Shown: positions 17,435 to 28,619, counted from the first letter of the stretch. The stretch: DNA of 64,000 bases from Candidatus Poseidoniaceae archaeon (GCA_965662895.1 CBFIJH010000002.1:96001-160000), one strand, 5' to 3'. Translations and numbers: made by a program. Notes: generated by a model not told the origin, from the sequence alone.

Positions 17435-18268
17435 TCACCGCTGACTCAAAACGTATTCGATTGCATTTCGGAAAATCTGCAGTCCTTCCCCTTCCCAGTT
17501 ATCATCAATATCCATCGAGGTATGTTCAGGGTGCAGCCACATACTGTAGAAGGCTTCGGGGTGTGGCATAAGCCCGAAAACCAATCCCGTAGCATCGCAT
17601 ATTCCTGCGATGTTTCTCATACTTCCATTTGGACTCATTGGAAAGGGGAGAAGTTCATTCTGAATTCCTTGGCCTACTGGCGCCATAGGATCAACGTAAC
17701 GTACTGTCAGTTGATGATTTGCATCAAGGTTGTCAAAATCTTGAGCTGCTGGCATAACAAATCTTCCTTCACCGTGACGTACTGGGCATTCAATTCTCCG
17801 AATCCCCTTTGTCCAAATGCATGGGCTTTCAGAATCGAATTCCAATGTAACCCATCGATCCTCATAACGACCCGTATTGTTGAGTGTAAGGCTCGCACGC
17901 TGGACCAAGTCGGGTTCGAGAGAAGCATCCGCAGGACCTGGTAGAAGCCCAGTCTTAACGAGGGCTTGAAATCCATTGCAGATGCCAATAATTGGTTTCC
18001 CACCGGTCACGAATTGCTGCAATTGCTCACGTAGTGCAAATCGCAACCGATTGCCGAGAAGTCTCCCACTACCAAGGTGGTCGCCGAATGAAAAGCCACC
18101 AGGTACTGCCAATATATCGAATTCAGACAGGGTTCGTTCCCCTTGGACGAGGCGGTTGACATGCAATCGCTCCGAGGTTCCACCAACCATATCAAAAACA
18201 GCGGCTGTTTCTCGATCGCAATTGATTCCAAATCCAAAAAGAACGCAAACCTTGACCTCTTGGCTCAT
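17435..18268 (-). CDS. purQ: FGAM synthase glutaminase subunit
   Basis: GINCDRE, PGGFSFGD, GICNGFQ, HGEG, MPHPE. Confidence 0.97.
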   Translation of the reverse strand: MSQEVKVCVLFGFGINCDRETAAVFDMVGGTSERLHVNRLVQGERTLSEFDILAVPGGFSFGDHLGSGRLLGNRLRFALREQLQQFVTGGKPIIGICNGFQALVKTGLLPGPADASLEPDLVQRASLTLNNTGRYEDRWVTLEFDSESPCIWTKGIRRIECPVRHGEGRFVMPAAQDFDNLDANHQLTVRYVDPMAPVGQGIQNELLPFPMSPNGSMRNIAGICDATGLVFGLMPHPEAFYSMWLHPEHTSMDIDDNWEGEGLQIFRNAIEYVLSQR

Positions 18269-21200
18269 TCAATCGCCCCCGTCATATCAAGTGCATTTTT
18301 CCAATGGTTCGTTAGTTCATCAACATCTGCATGTACAATCGAATCATAACCATCCTCAATAATGAGCTCAGAAGACTCCGTTACCATCCCAACAAGGTGG
18401 ACTTCGGCACCGTCCATCATTTGAATAAAATCAAGTTCGTTTTGTGAATCAACTGAAACAACGATTCTTCCCAAAGATTCGCTCCATAATCGGGTAAACG
18501 CATCTCCTTCTCCAATACCGTCAATATCAATGATTGCACCACATCGGCCACCGATGCACATTTCTGCGAGTGCAATAGCCAACCCTCCTTCACTGCAATC
18601 ATGGGCAGTTCGAATAAGCCCGTTCTGAATCGAAGCCGAAAGTTTTCGATAGACTTCAAGTTGCTTTTTTGGATCTTCTAAAAGCGGAACTTGTCCGCCG
18701 ATACCTTTTGCGTCACCTCGCTCCTTGAGATGGAATGCAACTTCTGCAGCACCCAATTCGTTGTATGTTGTTCCAACGAGATAGATTCTTTCCCCATGAT
18801 GTTTGAAATTTGAAGTAGCAGTCTTACGAACATCCGGCTGATTTCCAAACAATGAAAATAGCATTGTTGGAGGTATTGAGATCTTATTCGGCCAAACGCC
18901 GTAATCGTTCTTCATTGAATCCTTACCAGATACACAAGGTAAGCGATAAGCGCGACAAACTCGCTCAAGCTCTCGGTTTGCACGAACCAATTGTGCAAGT
19001 TTGAATTTTCCATCAGGTGTCTTTTCAGATTCTATCGGGTCAGGCCAACAGAAATTGTCCAATCCGGCCATTTTATCGATGTCGACGCCAACACAAACAG
19101 CGTTACGGACTGCCTCATCAATTGAGGCTGCAACCATCGCGCCAGCGTCAATATCGGAATAACGCGGAGCAATACCACAAGAAACCACAATCCCTTGCGG
19201 ATTTCCATGTATTGGAGCTATCAAGCCTGCGTCTCCTGGGCCATCCCGTTCAACCCCTACAAATGGCTTCACAACGGTTTGGGCTATGACTTCATGATCG
19301 TATTGGCGAACCCATGTTTCCTTCGATGCAATGTTCGGTCGAGCAAGCATTTCTTTGAGAAGGAGATTTTGATCAATGTTCGCCGGCGGAATAAATTCAC
19401 TATGCTGGGGAGGCGACCATTCGGACTCCAATTCGAGTTGAGGAACGCCATCGTGCAGGAATGAGATTGGGAGGTAGGCGACCGTGTCTTCGCCATGTTT
19501 CACATGAAAATATCCTGTGTTTGTGAATGTGGCAACCTGAGTTGCTTCAACCTCATGCAGTTTTGCAAGTGCTTCAAATGCTTCTCTGTCCTTCGGCGCC
19601 ACTGCAACAGTCATTCGTTCCTGAGATTCGGAAACAAGTATTTCCCAAGAAGACAATCCTTCTTGCTTTAGGGGGACTTTTCCAAGGTCAATTTCACATC
19701 CATTGGTGTATTCTGCCATTTCACCAATTGAGGATGAAAGGCCCCCGGCACCATTGTCGGTCGTACATGTTATCAGACATGCGTCTCGCGCTTCGAGAAG
19801 CATATCCATCATCTTCTTTTGTGTGATTGGGTCACCAATTTGAACGGCACTTGAGGGGGATTCGTCAGTTAATTCGAGTGATGAAAAGGTGGCGCCGTGG
19901 ATACCATCGGAACCGACTCGGCCCCCAACCATGTAAACGAGGTCCCCTGATGACGGATTCTTTTCATGCGATTCTCGTCCATCTGCAAGGCGTCTTGGCA
20001 TGAGCCCGACGGTTCCACAATATACGAGGGGTTTACCGATGTAACGTTCGTCAAACACAATGGCTCCGTTGATTGTAGGGATACCGGACTCATTTCCGCC
20101 TACACGTACACCAGCATGAACTCCTCGGAGCACTCGTGATGGATGGAAAAGTGTTGAAGGTAGTTCTCCCGTCCAATTCGGTGGACCAAAGCAGAATACA
20201 TCGGTGTTGGCTATCGGTCGAGCGCCAAGGCCTGTACCAAGGATGTCTCGGTTGACACCCACAATACCTGTCATCGCGCCTCCGTACGGATCAAGAGCGG
20301 AGGGTGAGTTATGGGTCTCTGCTTTCATACAAATGGACCACTCGTCGTTCCAAGCAATGACGCCTGAGTTATCATGAAACACCGAGAGAAGCCAGTCAAC
20401 CTCTTCAGCCATATCATGCGTTGGTTTCATAATATGCGTTTTGAAAAGAGAATCAATCACAGTGTCTTCATTTGTTTCTGTATCGATATGGTGAATTTTG
20501 CTTGCAAAAATCTTGTGTTTGCAATGTTCGCTCCATGTTTGAGCCAAACATTCCAATTCCACATCGGTTGGTGCATTCGGAAATATCCCTTCATTTTCCC
20601 TTTTTTTACGTGTTGATTCATCTCGAAAATAGTCACGTATGGTTTGCATCTCATTGAGATTCAGAGCAAGAAGACCATCTGTGGAGAGTTTCATTAATTC
20701 ATCATCGCTGACTTCAAGATCGATTGTGGAAGGTTGTTGGCGTTGAATTGAAGGACGCTCTGGATACGAAAGATGGGTTGCATTACCAGATTCTAACTGT
20801 TGTTTCGTGGTTAAAATGGATTTTTCGATGAGTCCATTGTACAATGTAGAAGCTAACCAATCATGATCAATATCGACTGGAAGTTGAAGAAATGCGTAAG
20901 AGATGTATGTTGATATCGAAGAAGGCCCATCAGGGAACAAGACCTTGAATCCATCATTCGCAGCCGCGCCGGGATTGTCCGTAACACCTGGTTTGAAACC
21001 AACTGTAACCGTAAGTGTTGGTGGATTTGGGAAGAAGTTTTTGTCTTCTAGAAGCGCTGTGTTTGTTGCCCCAAATTCGATAATTGGGTCAGAAAAAATA
21101 TCTTGAACTCGAGGTTCGATCTCTGTAGCGCTGTATTGGCTGCGGATAAGGTAGCCACGAATACTACGTACTTGCCCAACGTCAATACCATGGTCAGCAA

Positions 21201-21309
21201 ACAATTGACGTCGTACTACGTTTCCAAGCACATCTTGCATCCCTTCTGACTGTAAGGGAGTAACCTCAACTCGGACGTCTTGCACTGTCATAGGTTCCAG
21301 CCCAGACAC
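18265..21309 (-). CDS. purL: FGAM synthase synthetase subunit (with N-terminal PurS-like region)
   Basis: QTWSEHCKH, ETHNSPS, DNGAGG, SESQERM, SGKDSM. Start may be ATG 21291. Confidence 0.97.
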   Translation of the reverse strand: MSGLEPMTVQDVRVEVTPLQSEGMQDVLGNVVRRQLFADHGIDVGQVRSIRGYLIRSQYSATEIEPRVQDIFSDPIIEFGATNTALLEDKNFFPNPPTLTVTVGFKPGVTDNPGAAANDGFKVLFPDGPSSISTYISYAFLQLPVDIDHDWLASTLYNGLIEKSILTTKQQLESGNATHLSYPERPSIQRQQPSTIDLEVSDDELMKLSTDGLLALNLNEMQTIRDYFRDESTRKKRENEGIFPNAPTDVELECLAQTWSEHCKHKIFASKIHHIDTETNEDTVIDSLFKTHIMKPTHDMAEEVDWLLSVFHDNSGVIAWNDEWSICMKAETHNSPSALDPYGGAMTGIVGVNRDILGTGLGARPIANTDVFCFGPPNWTGELPSTLFHPSRVLRGVHAGVRVGGNESGIPTINGAIVFDERYIGKPLVYCGTVGLMPRRLADGRESHEKNPSSGDLVYMVGGRVGSDGIHGATFSSLELTDESPSSAVQIGDPITQKKMMDMLLEARDACLITCTTDNGAGGLSSSIGEMAEYTNGCEIDLGKVPLKQEGLSSWEILVSESQERMTVAVAPKDREAFEALAKLHEVEATQVATFTNTGYFHVKHGEDTVAYLPISFLHDGVPQLELESEWSPPQHSEFIPPANIDQNLLLKEMLARPNIASKETWVRQYDHEVIAQTVVKPFVGVERDGPGDAGLIAPIHGNPQGIVVSCGIAPRYSDIDAGAMVAASIDEAVRNAVCVGVDIDKMAGLDNFCWPDPIESEKTPDGKFKLAQLVRANRELERVCRAYRLPCVSGKDSMKNDYGVWPNKISIPPTMLFSLFGNQPDVRKTATSNFKHHGERIYLVGTTYNELGAAEVAFHLKERGDAKGIGGQVPLLEDPKKQLEVYRKLSASIQNGLIRTAHDCSEGGLAIALAEMCIGGRCGAIIDIDGIGEGDAFTRLWSESLGRIVVSVDSQNELDFIQMMDGAEVHLVGMVTESSELIIEDGYDSIVHADVDELTNHWKNALDMTGAIE

Positions 21310-21347
21310 AGTTCATCGCATACGCTCTTTGAACAATACGGAGAGGT

Positions 21348-24281
21348 TTACTCCGAGTTGAGCATGGATTTGAGGAATTGTCCAGTATAGCTTTGCGGCA
21401 CTTCAGCAACTTCTTCAGGCGTTCCTTCAGCAACAATCTGACCACCTCGATCGCCTCCTTCAGGACCAAGGTCGATGACATAATCACTGCATTTGACAAC
21501 GTCAAGATGATGTTCAATCACGACAACAGTATGGCCTTTAGTTCGCAGTTCAAGCAACACATCAACCAGCAATTGGACATCGCTAAACGATAGGCCTGTT
21601 GTCGGTTCATCAAGAATGTACACTGTGTGTTTGTGTGGGGGGCGACGTAATTCGCTTGCAAGTTTTACGCGTTGAGCTTCCCCTCCAGACAATGTTGTCG
21701 CAGGTTGGCCGAGTCGAATGTATGCGAGACCCACAGCGTTTAGGGTTTCAAGAGTGCGATGAATCTTCTTGTGATTTTTGAAAAATGAGACCGCTTCACC
21801 AACGGGCATCTGAAGAACATCATGGATTGTTTTTCCCTTCCATGTCACCTCGAGACACTCTCGCGTGTAGCGCTTACCATTGCAAATATCGCATTCAATC
21901 CAGACATCGGGTAAGAAATTCATTTCCAACTTAATCGACCCTGCACCGGAACAAGCTTCACAACGCCCACCTTTTACGTTAAAACTGAATGTTCCCGGAG
22001 TATAACCACGCTCCTTAGCAAGCGTTGTGTTGGAAAACAATTTACGGATTTCATCGAAAACCTTGGTGTATGTTGCGGGATTTGAGCGAGGTGTTCGCCC
22101 AATTGGTGACTGATCGATGATGATGGCTTTGTCCACATGCTGAAGCCCATCAACGGACGCATGTTTTCCTGGCAATTTCTCAGAATTATGGAGGTGTCGC
22201 TGCAGAGCAGGAGCGAGTATTCCTGAAATGAGCGAAGACTTGCCAGAACCTGAAACCCCTGTAATTGAGGTAAAACATCCCAGTGGAATTTTGACATCGA
22301 TGTTGCTGAGATTGTTGTGCTGAGCATTGACAATCTTCAGCCAATTCTTTTTTGGAGATGTTCGCTCTACTGCAGAAGTAATGGAACGGCGCCCAGAAAG
22401 ATACGCTCCTGTAATGGACGCTTTGGATTTCATAACTTTGTTTGGAGGGCCGTTTGCAACAACTACCCCGCCTTCGAGACCTGCTCCAGGACCTAAATCG
22501 CAAATCCAGTCAGCTTGGCGGAGGGTGTCCTCATCGTGTTCAACGACCAGAAGTGTATTGCCTAAATCCGTTAATTCCCGGAGCGTTTTGAGGAGGCGTT
22601 CATTGTCGCGTTGGTGTAAACCGATTGAAGGCTCATCGAGGACATACATCACACCAGTAAGTCGCGATCCTATTTGAGTCGCAAGGCGGATTCGTTGGCT
22701 TTCACCGCCAGAAAGCGTGTTCGCCTTACGGTCCAGTGTAAGATAATCAAGACCAACGGAATCGAGGAAGCCAAGTCGGCTTTCAATTTCTTTCAATATT
22801 TCATTTCCGATGAACAAAGAACGGTCGTCGAGCGTATTCAGTACATCTGCATACTGTTCAGGTGGTCCATCTGCATCGGGGTGGAGGGCCTTGATCAATT
22901 GATATGCTTCATACACTGAACTTCGGCTTACCTCTGGGAGACGAATACCGCCTACTGTAACAAATCGTGCTGCTGGGTTGAGTTTTTCTCCATCGCAAGC
23001 ATGACAGTCCAAATCTGTCATGCATGCAATCAATCTATTGCGCGTTCGATCGGAAGACGTTTCCGAATAGGTTCTCTCCAGTCGTGCAATGATGCCCTCC
23101 CATGGGCGGTTCATCTTGTAGACAGATCCATTATCGGATTCAAAATGAAAGTGTATAATCGTTGATCCCGAACCATTCAAGAGAATGTCTTTCGCATCTT
23201 CATCCAGCAAACCGAACGGTATGTTTGGAGAAATTCCATAATGTTCACACACTTGTTGTAAGAGTTTTTTGTACCAACCAGGGGACATGGATTGCCGCCA
23301 TGGAAGGACGCATCCATTTGCCACTGTTAACGTGTCATCAATGATGAGTTCTGGGTTGAATTGGCGTTGAATGCCAAGGCCTTGACATTCTGGACAAGCC
23401 CCTAACGGTGAGTTAAACGAAAAGACTCGGGGGGAAAGTTCGGGCATGAATGCCCCGTGTTCTGGACAAGCAAAGTCCTCTGACCAAGACACTGTCGTTC
23501 CTTCTGGGTGGTCTGGACGGGTCGTTCCTTCCGATTCGAGTGGCTTTTTGGGTCTTCGCAAACTTGTTACTGCGAGAGCGCCGCCACCAAGTCGCAACGC
23601 GTTCTCAACTGCTTCTGTCGTTCTATGACGTCGATCCTTTGAGAGAACAAAGCGATCGATTCGAACATCAATATCATGACGGAAATTTTTGTCAAGGGTA
23701 GGTGGATTTTCAAAATCCGTATCATGGCCATTTACGCGACCATTCATGTACCCCTGTTCAACAAATTGCTTGAACAATTCCGCATGCGTTCCTTTACGAG
23801 CACGGACAACCGGACTCCATACTGCAATGGTATGTTGCTCAAAGTTCCAAAGAATATCATCGACGATTTCCTGCACGGTTCGACGCGCAACTTCCTTACC
23901 ACAATCTGGACAATGTGGTTTCCCAATTCGCGCCCAGAGTAGACGAAGATAGTCTTGGATTTCTGTCACCGTTGCAACGGTTGAACGTGGATTGTGCGAT
24001 CCCTGTTTTTGATCGATAGAAATGGCCGGTGAAAGGCCTTCGATACCGTCACAATCAGCTTTTTTCATCTGTCCTATGAATTGGCGCGCATAAGAGGACA
24101 GGGATTCGACATATCGCCGTTGGCCTTCAGCGTACAGTGTATCAAATGCCAAACTGGATTTACCGGAACCTGAGACACCTGAAATGACAACAAATTGTCC
24201 GCGCGGTAATCGAACATCAATATCTTGGAGATTGTGTGTTCGCGCTCCGCGAACCGTAATCCAGTTCTGATTCTTTGCCAT
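21348..24281 (-). CDS. uvrA: Excinuclease ABC subunit A
   Basis: Two GVSGSGKSS Walker A motifs, LSGGESQRI and LSGGEAQRV, zinc fingers. Confidence 0.98.
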   Translation of the reverse strand: MAKNQNWITVRGARTHNLQDIDVRLPRGQFVVISGVSGSGKSSLAFDTLYAEGQRRYVESLSSYARQFIGQMKKADCDGIEGLSPAISIDQKQGSHNPRSTVATVTEIQDYLRLLWARIGKPHCPDCGKEVARRTVQEIVDDILWNFEQHTIAVWSPVVRARKGTHAELFKQFVEQGYMNGRVNGHDTDFENPPTLDKNFRHDIDVRIDRFVLSKDRRHRTTEAVENALRLGGGALAVTSLRRPKKPLESEGTTRPDHPEGTTVSWSEDFACPEHGAFMPELSPRVFSFNSPLGACPECQGLGIQRQFNPELIIDDTLTVANGCVLPWRQSMSPGWYKKLLQQVCEHYGISPNIPFGLLDEDAKDILLNGSGSTIIHFHFESDNGSVYKMNRPWEGIIARLERTYSETSSDRTRNRLIACMTDLDCHACDGEKLNPAARFVTVGGIRLPEVSRSSVYEAYQLIKALHPDADGPPEQYADVLNTLDDRSLFIGNEILKEIESRLGFLDSVGLDYLTLDRKANTLSGGESQRIRLATQIGSRLTGVMYVLDEPSIGLHQRDNERLLKTLRELTDLGNTLLVVEHDEDTLRQADWICDLGPGAGLEGGVVVANGPPNKVMKSKASITGAYLSGRRSITSAVERTSPKKNWLKIVNAQHNNLSNIDVKIPLGCFTSITGVSGSGKSSLISGILAPALQRHLHNSEKLPGKHASVDGLQHVDKAIIIDQSPIGRTPRSNPATYTKVFDEIRKLFSNTTLAKERGYTPGTFSFNVKGGRCEACSGAGSIKLEMNFLPDVWIECDICNGKRYTRECLEVTWKGKTIHDVLQMPVGEAVSFFKNHKKIHRTLETLNAVGLAYIRLGQPATTLSGGEAQRVKLASELRRPPHKHTVYILDEPTTGLSFSDVQLLVDVLLELRTKGHTVVVIEHHLDVVKCSDYVIDLGPEGGDRGGQIVAEGTPEEVAEVPQSYTGQFLKSMLNSE

Positions 24282-24302
24282 TTGAACAATTCTACCGTAA
24301 CG

Positions 24303-25187
24303 TCAAGGGTTCTTCAATTCGTGCCTCCAAGCAGGGTTAAATTTTGACTCGAAACGAACAGGGTCATCGGTTTGAGGGTGAAGAAACTCCAAAGCTACTG
24401 CGTGAAGGCAAATTCGTCCAAAAGGATTCATCTCGGCTCCATGAGTTTTGTCACCAACCACTGGATGTCCACTTTTTGCCATAGCGACCCGAATTTGATG
24501 ACGGCGGCCTGTTTCAATCACGATATCGAGTAGTGTACGCTCCTCATTTTTTGCAAGGACATCCCAAGTCGTGATTGCTCGTTTGCTGTCTTTTGTTGGC
24601 TTTTCAGATACATGAATTCTCAAAGTTTTGTCTTCGATGAGATGATGATCCGCACGACCGGGATGAGCAATTCCCTCGACGAGAGCAACATAGTGCCGGT
24701 GGACAAGACGTTCAGAAAATTGGTCTTGTAGATACTGTTTTGCAGTTTCTGACTTCGCTAAAACCATGATGCCGGACGTGGCTTTATCCAATCGATGAAC
24801 AATAAAACACCAGCCACCTTTCTTGTTGGTTCGGCAGTATTCGACACATCGGCTGTGCAGTGTATCGGTTTCAAGACGATCGGTCGCAACAGAAAGTAAG
24901 CCTGCTGGTTTTTCGACGACAAGAATGGTATCATCTTCAAAGAGAATGGTAATGTTATGTGCTTGCGCATTGATTTTTTGTTCTTCTTCGATTGAAATTT
25001 TTTGTTTCGGTAGAATTTCTACGATTTGTCCTGCAGTCACAGGTTCTTTGGCCCGATGGATAATGGTTTCATCAACCGAAATACGTTGGTTTGTAAGCAT
25101 TTTTCTGAGAACGTTTGTGCTCGAATTTGGTTGCATCGTTTTGATGAATTCAAGCAGTGTGGTGTCCTCAGTTACTGTCTTTTTCAT
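24303..25187 (-). CDS. RluA-family pseudouridine synthase with S4-like N-terminus
   Basis: KPAGL, VHRLDKATSG, TGRRHQIR, LHA. Confidence 0.93.
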   Translation of the reverse strand: MKKTVTEDTTLLEFIKTMQPNSSTNVLRKMLTNQRISVDETIIHRAKEPVTAGQIVEILPKQKISIEEEQKINAQAHNITILFEDDTILVVEKPAGLLSVATDRLETDTLHSRCVEYCRTNKKGGWCFIVHRLDKATSGIMVLAKSETAKQYLQDQFSERLVHRHYVALVEGIAHPGRADHHLIEDKTLRIHVSEKPTKDSKRAITTWDVLAKNEERTLLDIVIETGRRHQIRVAMAKSGHPVVGDKTHGAEMNPFGRICLHAVALEFLHPQTDDPVRFESKFNPAWRHELKNP

Positions 25188-25196
25188 ACCAATCAC

Positions 25197-26402
25197 TCAC
25201 AAGAGAAGAACCTCGATTAATTCTCCAACTTCGCCTGATTGTCCGGGTTGCAAAAGTGTTAGAGCATCAGCTGAAGAGAGACTGTCGATGTTGCCAGAGC
25301 CTTGATGTTTCGGTTGATCTGCGACAAACCCGTCTGAGGTTGATACAAGCGTTACCCGTCGTAAGGTCAAGCAATCTTTTGTTGAACGAACCTTTGTTCT
25401 GAGGCGTGCATGAACGATCCGGTCTGAAGGATAAGGCGTTCCAAATGAACCCCGGAGATAAGGAACAACGAGCATTCGAAAAACAACATGGCTACTTACT
25501 GGGTTTCCAGGAAGTCCAAACATTGGTGTATTGTTCCAATGACCGAAGAGAGGTGGAGAACCCGGACGAATCTTGACTCTCCAGAAAACAAGTTCGCCTT
25601 CTGTCTCCATTAATTTTCGAACAAAATCCCACTCCCCCATCGAAACTCCACCAGAAGTGATGAAGAGGTCACATTCTTCTGCTGCGATATCGAATTGGTT
25701 TCGTAATGCATCCATTGAGTCGTGAACCGCAGGGTATCGTATTGGGATGTGCCCAAGCATCTTCACAAGTCCAGAAATTCCGTAGGAATTTGATTCGTAT
25801 ATTTCACCGTAATTCAAATCTTCACCGGGTGACTTGAGTTCATCTCCAGTTGAGATGATGCCTATTTTCAATCGTTTCATTACGGGTATCGTAGCGTAAC
25901 CCATGGTGGCACACATGGAGATCGATTGGGGGGTAAGATACGTTCCTTTTTTCAGTCCAACCTCTTCCTTTGCGATGTTTTCTCCACATTTTCGAATAAA
26001 GTGTGGTTTTGAAGGTTCATTCAGCGTCACAGAATCTCCGTCGATTGAGCATGCTTCAATTGGTACAATAGCATCTGCGCCTTTCGGTAATGGTGCACCT
26101 GTCATAATTCGGATTGCTTGTCCAGAACTGAGTGTGAGGTTCTCGTCCCCTGCTGCTGCTTGGGATGTTGCGACGATTTCAAGCGTTGAAGGGGCTGTTT
26201 TTGTATCCTGGAATTGAACTGCAAAGCCGTCCATTGCTGAATTATCAAAGGGTGGGTCGTTCACTTTTGAAGAAAGATCTGTGGCAAGAATGCGTTGATG
26301 AGCGTCATCAATACCAACGTTCTCAGTGGATACTGCGATTTTATGATTCAGTGCAAGAGATACGGCCTCTTGAAGAGGTAAAAAATACGGGACTTCTTTC
26401 AT
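25197..26402 (-). CDS. moeA: Molybdopterin molybdotransferase
   Basis: PPFDNSAMDGFA, IMTGAP, STGDEL, TSGGVSMG, LPGNPVS. Confidence 0.96.
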   Translation of the reverse strand: MKEVPYFLPLQEAVSLALNHKIAVSTENVGIDDAHQRILATDLSSKVNDPPFDNSAMDGFAVQFQDTKTAPSTLEIVATSQAAAGDENLTLSSGQAIRIMTGAPLPKGADAIVPIEACSIDGDSVTLNEPSKPHFIRKCGENIAKEEVGLKKGTYLTPQSISMCATMGYATIPVMKRLKIGIISTGDELKSPGEDLNYGEIYESNSYGISGLVKMLGHIPIRYPAVHDSMDALRNQFDIAAEECDLFITSGGVSMGEWDFVRKLMETEGELVFWRVKIRPGSPPLFGHWNNTPMFGLPGNPVSSHVVFRMLVVPYLRGSFGTPYPSDRIVHARLRTKVRSTKDCLTLRRVTLVSTSDGFVADQPKHQGSGNIDSLSSADALTLLQPGQSGEVGELIEVLLL

Positions 26403-26450
26403 TTTCTCACTTCTTTAACCAGTGGCTCTCTTCGCCAAACTCAAAGGTTT

Positions 26451-27797
26451 GTGTTGCTTCGCCATGATGTGGTTGATTCTACGAACCTTTTGGATGTGGT
26501 CATTCGAACCCTGTTAACAAGTGGTTCGGCGACGTTAATCGCTGGGGTACTTGGGATTGGTTTTGCTCTTATTCTCGCAAATGTAAGTTGGAAAGTGAAA
26601 CCATTTCTTCGCGCAGTCACCCAAGCATTGTACGGTCTACCTCCAGTCGTAGTAGGAATCGTTGTCTACATTGCGCTGAGCAAAGATGGAGTTTTTGGCT
26701 CGCTCAATTGGTTGTTTACAATTCAAGGAATGGTTGTCGCGCAGACAATTTTGATTTTTCCACTCATTTTTGGCATTTCATGGGCTGCATTGGAACGCGT
26801 CTCTTCGGAAAAAAGGGATGTGTTTCGAGTCATGAATGCCGGTCCCAAACAGCGAATTTTGCTTGAAATGTACTGTGCTCGAAGAGGCATAACAAATGCA
26901 GTTCTTCTAGGATTTGGACGTGCAATTGCAGAGGTTGGGGCCGTTATGATGGTTGGAGGAAATATTGCAGGGAAAACAAGAGTGTTGACCACCAGTGTGG
27001 TTCTTGAAACAAGTGTTGGCCATCTCGATGTTGCTCTGCAGATTGGTTTTGTATTGCTTCTCATTTCATTGATCACAGCCTTTGCACTTCAATTCCTTCA
27101 AGTCTTCAGATTTTTCGAACAGAAATCATTTGGAGAGGAAGACGGTCTTATGTCTTCATTTGATGATTTTATAGCAAGTTGGGAGAATATCAGTGTGAGC
27201 AAAGATGACACCAAAATTCTTGATCAATGTTCGATATCTGTTTCAAGTAACGAAATTGTTGCATTGATGGGAGAGTCCGGATCTGGAAAATCAACACTCC
27301 TGAGGGCTCTGGTGGGGCTGGAAGATTATGAATCCGAATACACTGATAATTTAGCATATGTAGCACAAAATCCGATGATGGTTATGGATACCATTGCAAT
27401 GGAGCTTGGTTTGTGCTCTCGCTTACACAGCGATTTGCCAAATGCTGGATTTTACTTCGCATCCCTTTGTGGTTTTGAAGAGAAGGGGGGGCAGCGCACT
27501 GAGACGCTTTCGGGGGGTGAAACTCAACGCCTGGCATTTTTACGAGCTCTGTCCATGAACAGAAAAATTCTGATTCTTGATGAGGTTACTTCTGAACTCG
27601 ATGGTACATCCATCGAGCGAATTGAACAGGAAATTCTGTCATTCAAGAGCCGCGGAGGAAGTGTAATTTTTGCAACACACAATCCATTTCAGGCTCAACG
27701 GTTGGCAGACCGAATACTCTACATTCATGATGGGAAACTAATCGATGAGAACCACGCAATTGCGGAACAAATTCGAGACGGGTCGATGATAGGTTAG
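26451..27797 (+). CDS. Fused tungstate/molybdate ABC permease and ATPase (TupB-TupC-like)
   Basis: LPPVVVG and FGRAIAEVGAVMMVGGNIAGKTRVLTT (TupB-like), then GESGSGKS, LSGGE, LILDE in the same frame. Confidence 0.88.
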   Translation: MLLRHDVVDSTNLLDVVIRTLLTSGSATLIAGVLGIGFALILANVSWKVKPFLRAVTQALYGLPPVVVGIVVYIALSKDGVFGSLNWLFTIQGMVVAQTILIFPLIFGISWAALERVSSEKRDVFRVMNAGPKQRILLEMYCARRGITNAVLLGFGRAIAEVGAVMMVGGNIAGKTRVLTTSVVLETSVGHLDVALQIGFVLLLISLITAFALQFLQVFRFFEQKSFGEEDGLMSSFDDFIASWENISVSKDDTKILDQCSISVSSNEIVALMGESGSGKSTLLRALVGLEDYESEYTDNLAYVAQNPMMVMDTIAMELGLCSRLHSDLPNAGFYFASLCGFEEKGGQRTETLSGGETQRLAFLRALSMNRKILILDEVTSELDGTSIERIEQEILSFKSRGGSVIFATHNPFQAQRLADRILYIHDGKLIDENHAIAEQIRDGSMIG

Positions 27798-28618
27798 TCC
27801 ACTGGTTGGCCGCTGTGGAATAGGGTTTGATTGTTTACGGTATAATTGTCAATTTCTTCGGCCGAGGATAGCAAAAAACTTCTCAATTCTAAAGTCGCAT
27901 CATTCTGCTCATTCTCGATAAGAAGAATGGAATATGGATTTACAAACAGCGTTTCATTAAATTCATGCATAAACAAATTCGTATTTTCTTGACGATAGAG
28001 TGCTGTTCCTCGATCGGATAAAGTCCAACATTCAAGTTCATTGGAAATCGTTATCGCAGCACCCATTCCTTGTCCAATTGATTGATATCCGTCCCAAACA
28101 GGATGGAACCCTAAAGAATCATCCACAAACTCAAAACTTGAATTGTTTGAGAAATCTCTCCATAATGCTTGTTCTTTTTGATGTGTACCTGAGTCGTCAC
28201 CGCGCGATACAAAACATTGATTTTGTGCAATAATCGAGTGAAGTGTCTCAAATAAATTACTTGACGGCTCCTTAGGCCCCAGAAGGACAAAGTAATTCCA
28301 AGCAAATGTTGTACGGTTGTTTGCAAATCCATCCTCAATAAATTGCATCTCGCGCTCGGGATCATGTGTAATGAGAACGTCAACATCGTTGTTCTTGGCA
28401 AGGGTCATCGCAGCACCAGAACCAACTGCGATGACATCAACATGGATGCCTGTTTGTTCCGTGAAATCCGGTAAAAGTTCTGAGAGAAGTCCAGAATCTC
28501 GTAACGATGTTGTGGTTGCAAGCCGTATTGTTGTTGATTCAGATTCATCCGCAACTTGCAAACAGCCCTGAAGCGATGGGAGGAGCAATAAGAAAATGAC
28601 AAGAATCCGTCGGTTCAT
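27794..28618 (-). CDS. tupA: Tungstate-binding lipoprotein, TupA-like
   Basis: Lipobox LQGC, RLATTTSLRDSGLL, FVSRGDDSGTH, GQGMG, LSDRGT, NPY. Confidence 0.88.
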   Translation of the reverse strand: MNRRILVIFLLLLPSLQGCLQVADESESTTIRLATTTSLRDSGLLSELLPDFTEQTGIHVDVIAVGSGAAMTLAKNNDVDVLITHDPEREMQFIEDGFANNRTTFAWNYFVLLGPKEPSSNLFETLHSIIAQNQCFVSRGDDSGTHQKEQALWRDFSNNSSFEFVDDSLGFHPVWDGYQSIGQGMGAAITISNELECWTLSDRGTALYRQENTNLFMHEFNETLFVNPYSILLIENEQNDATLELRSFLLSSAEEIDNYTVNNQTLFHSGQPVD

Positions 28619-28619
28619 T

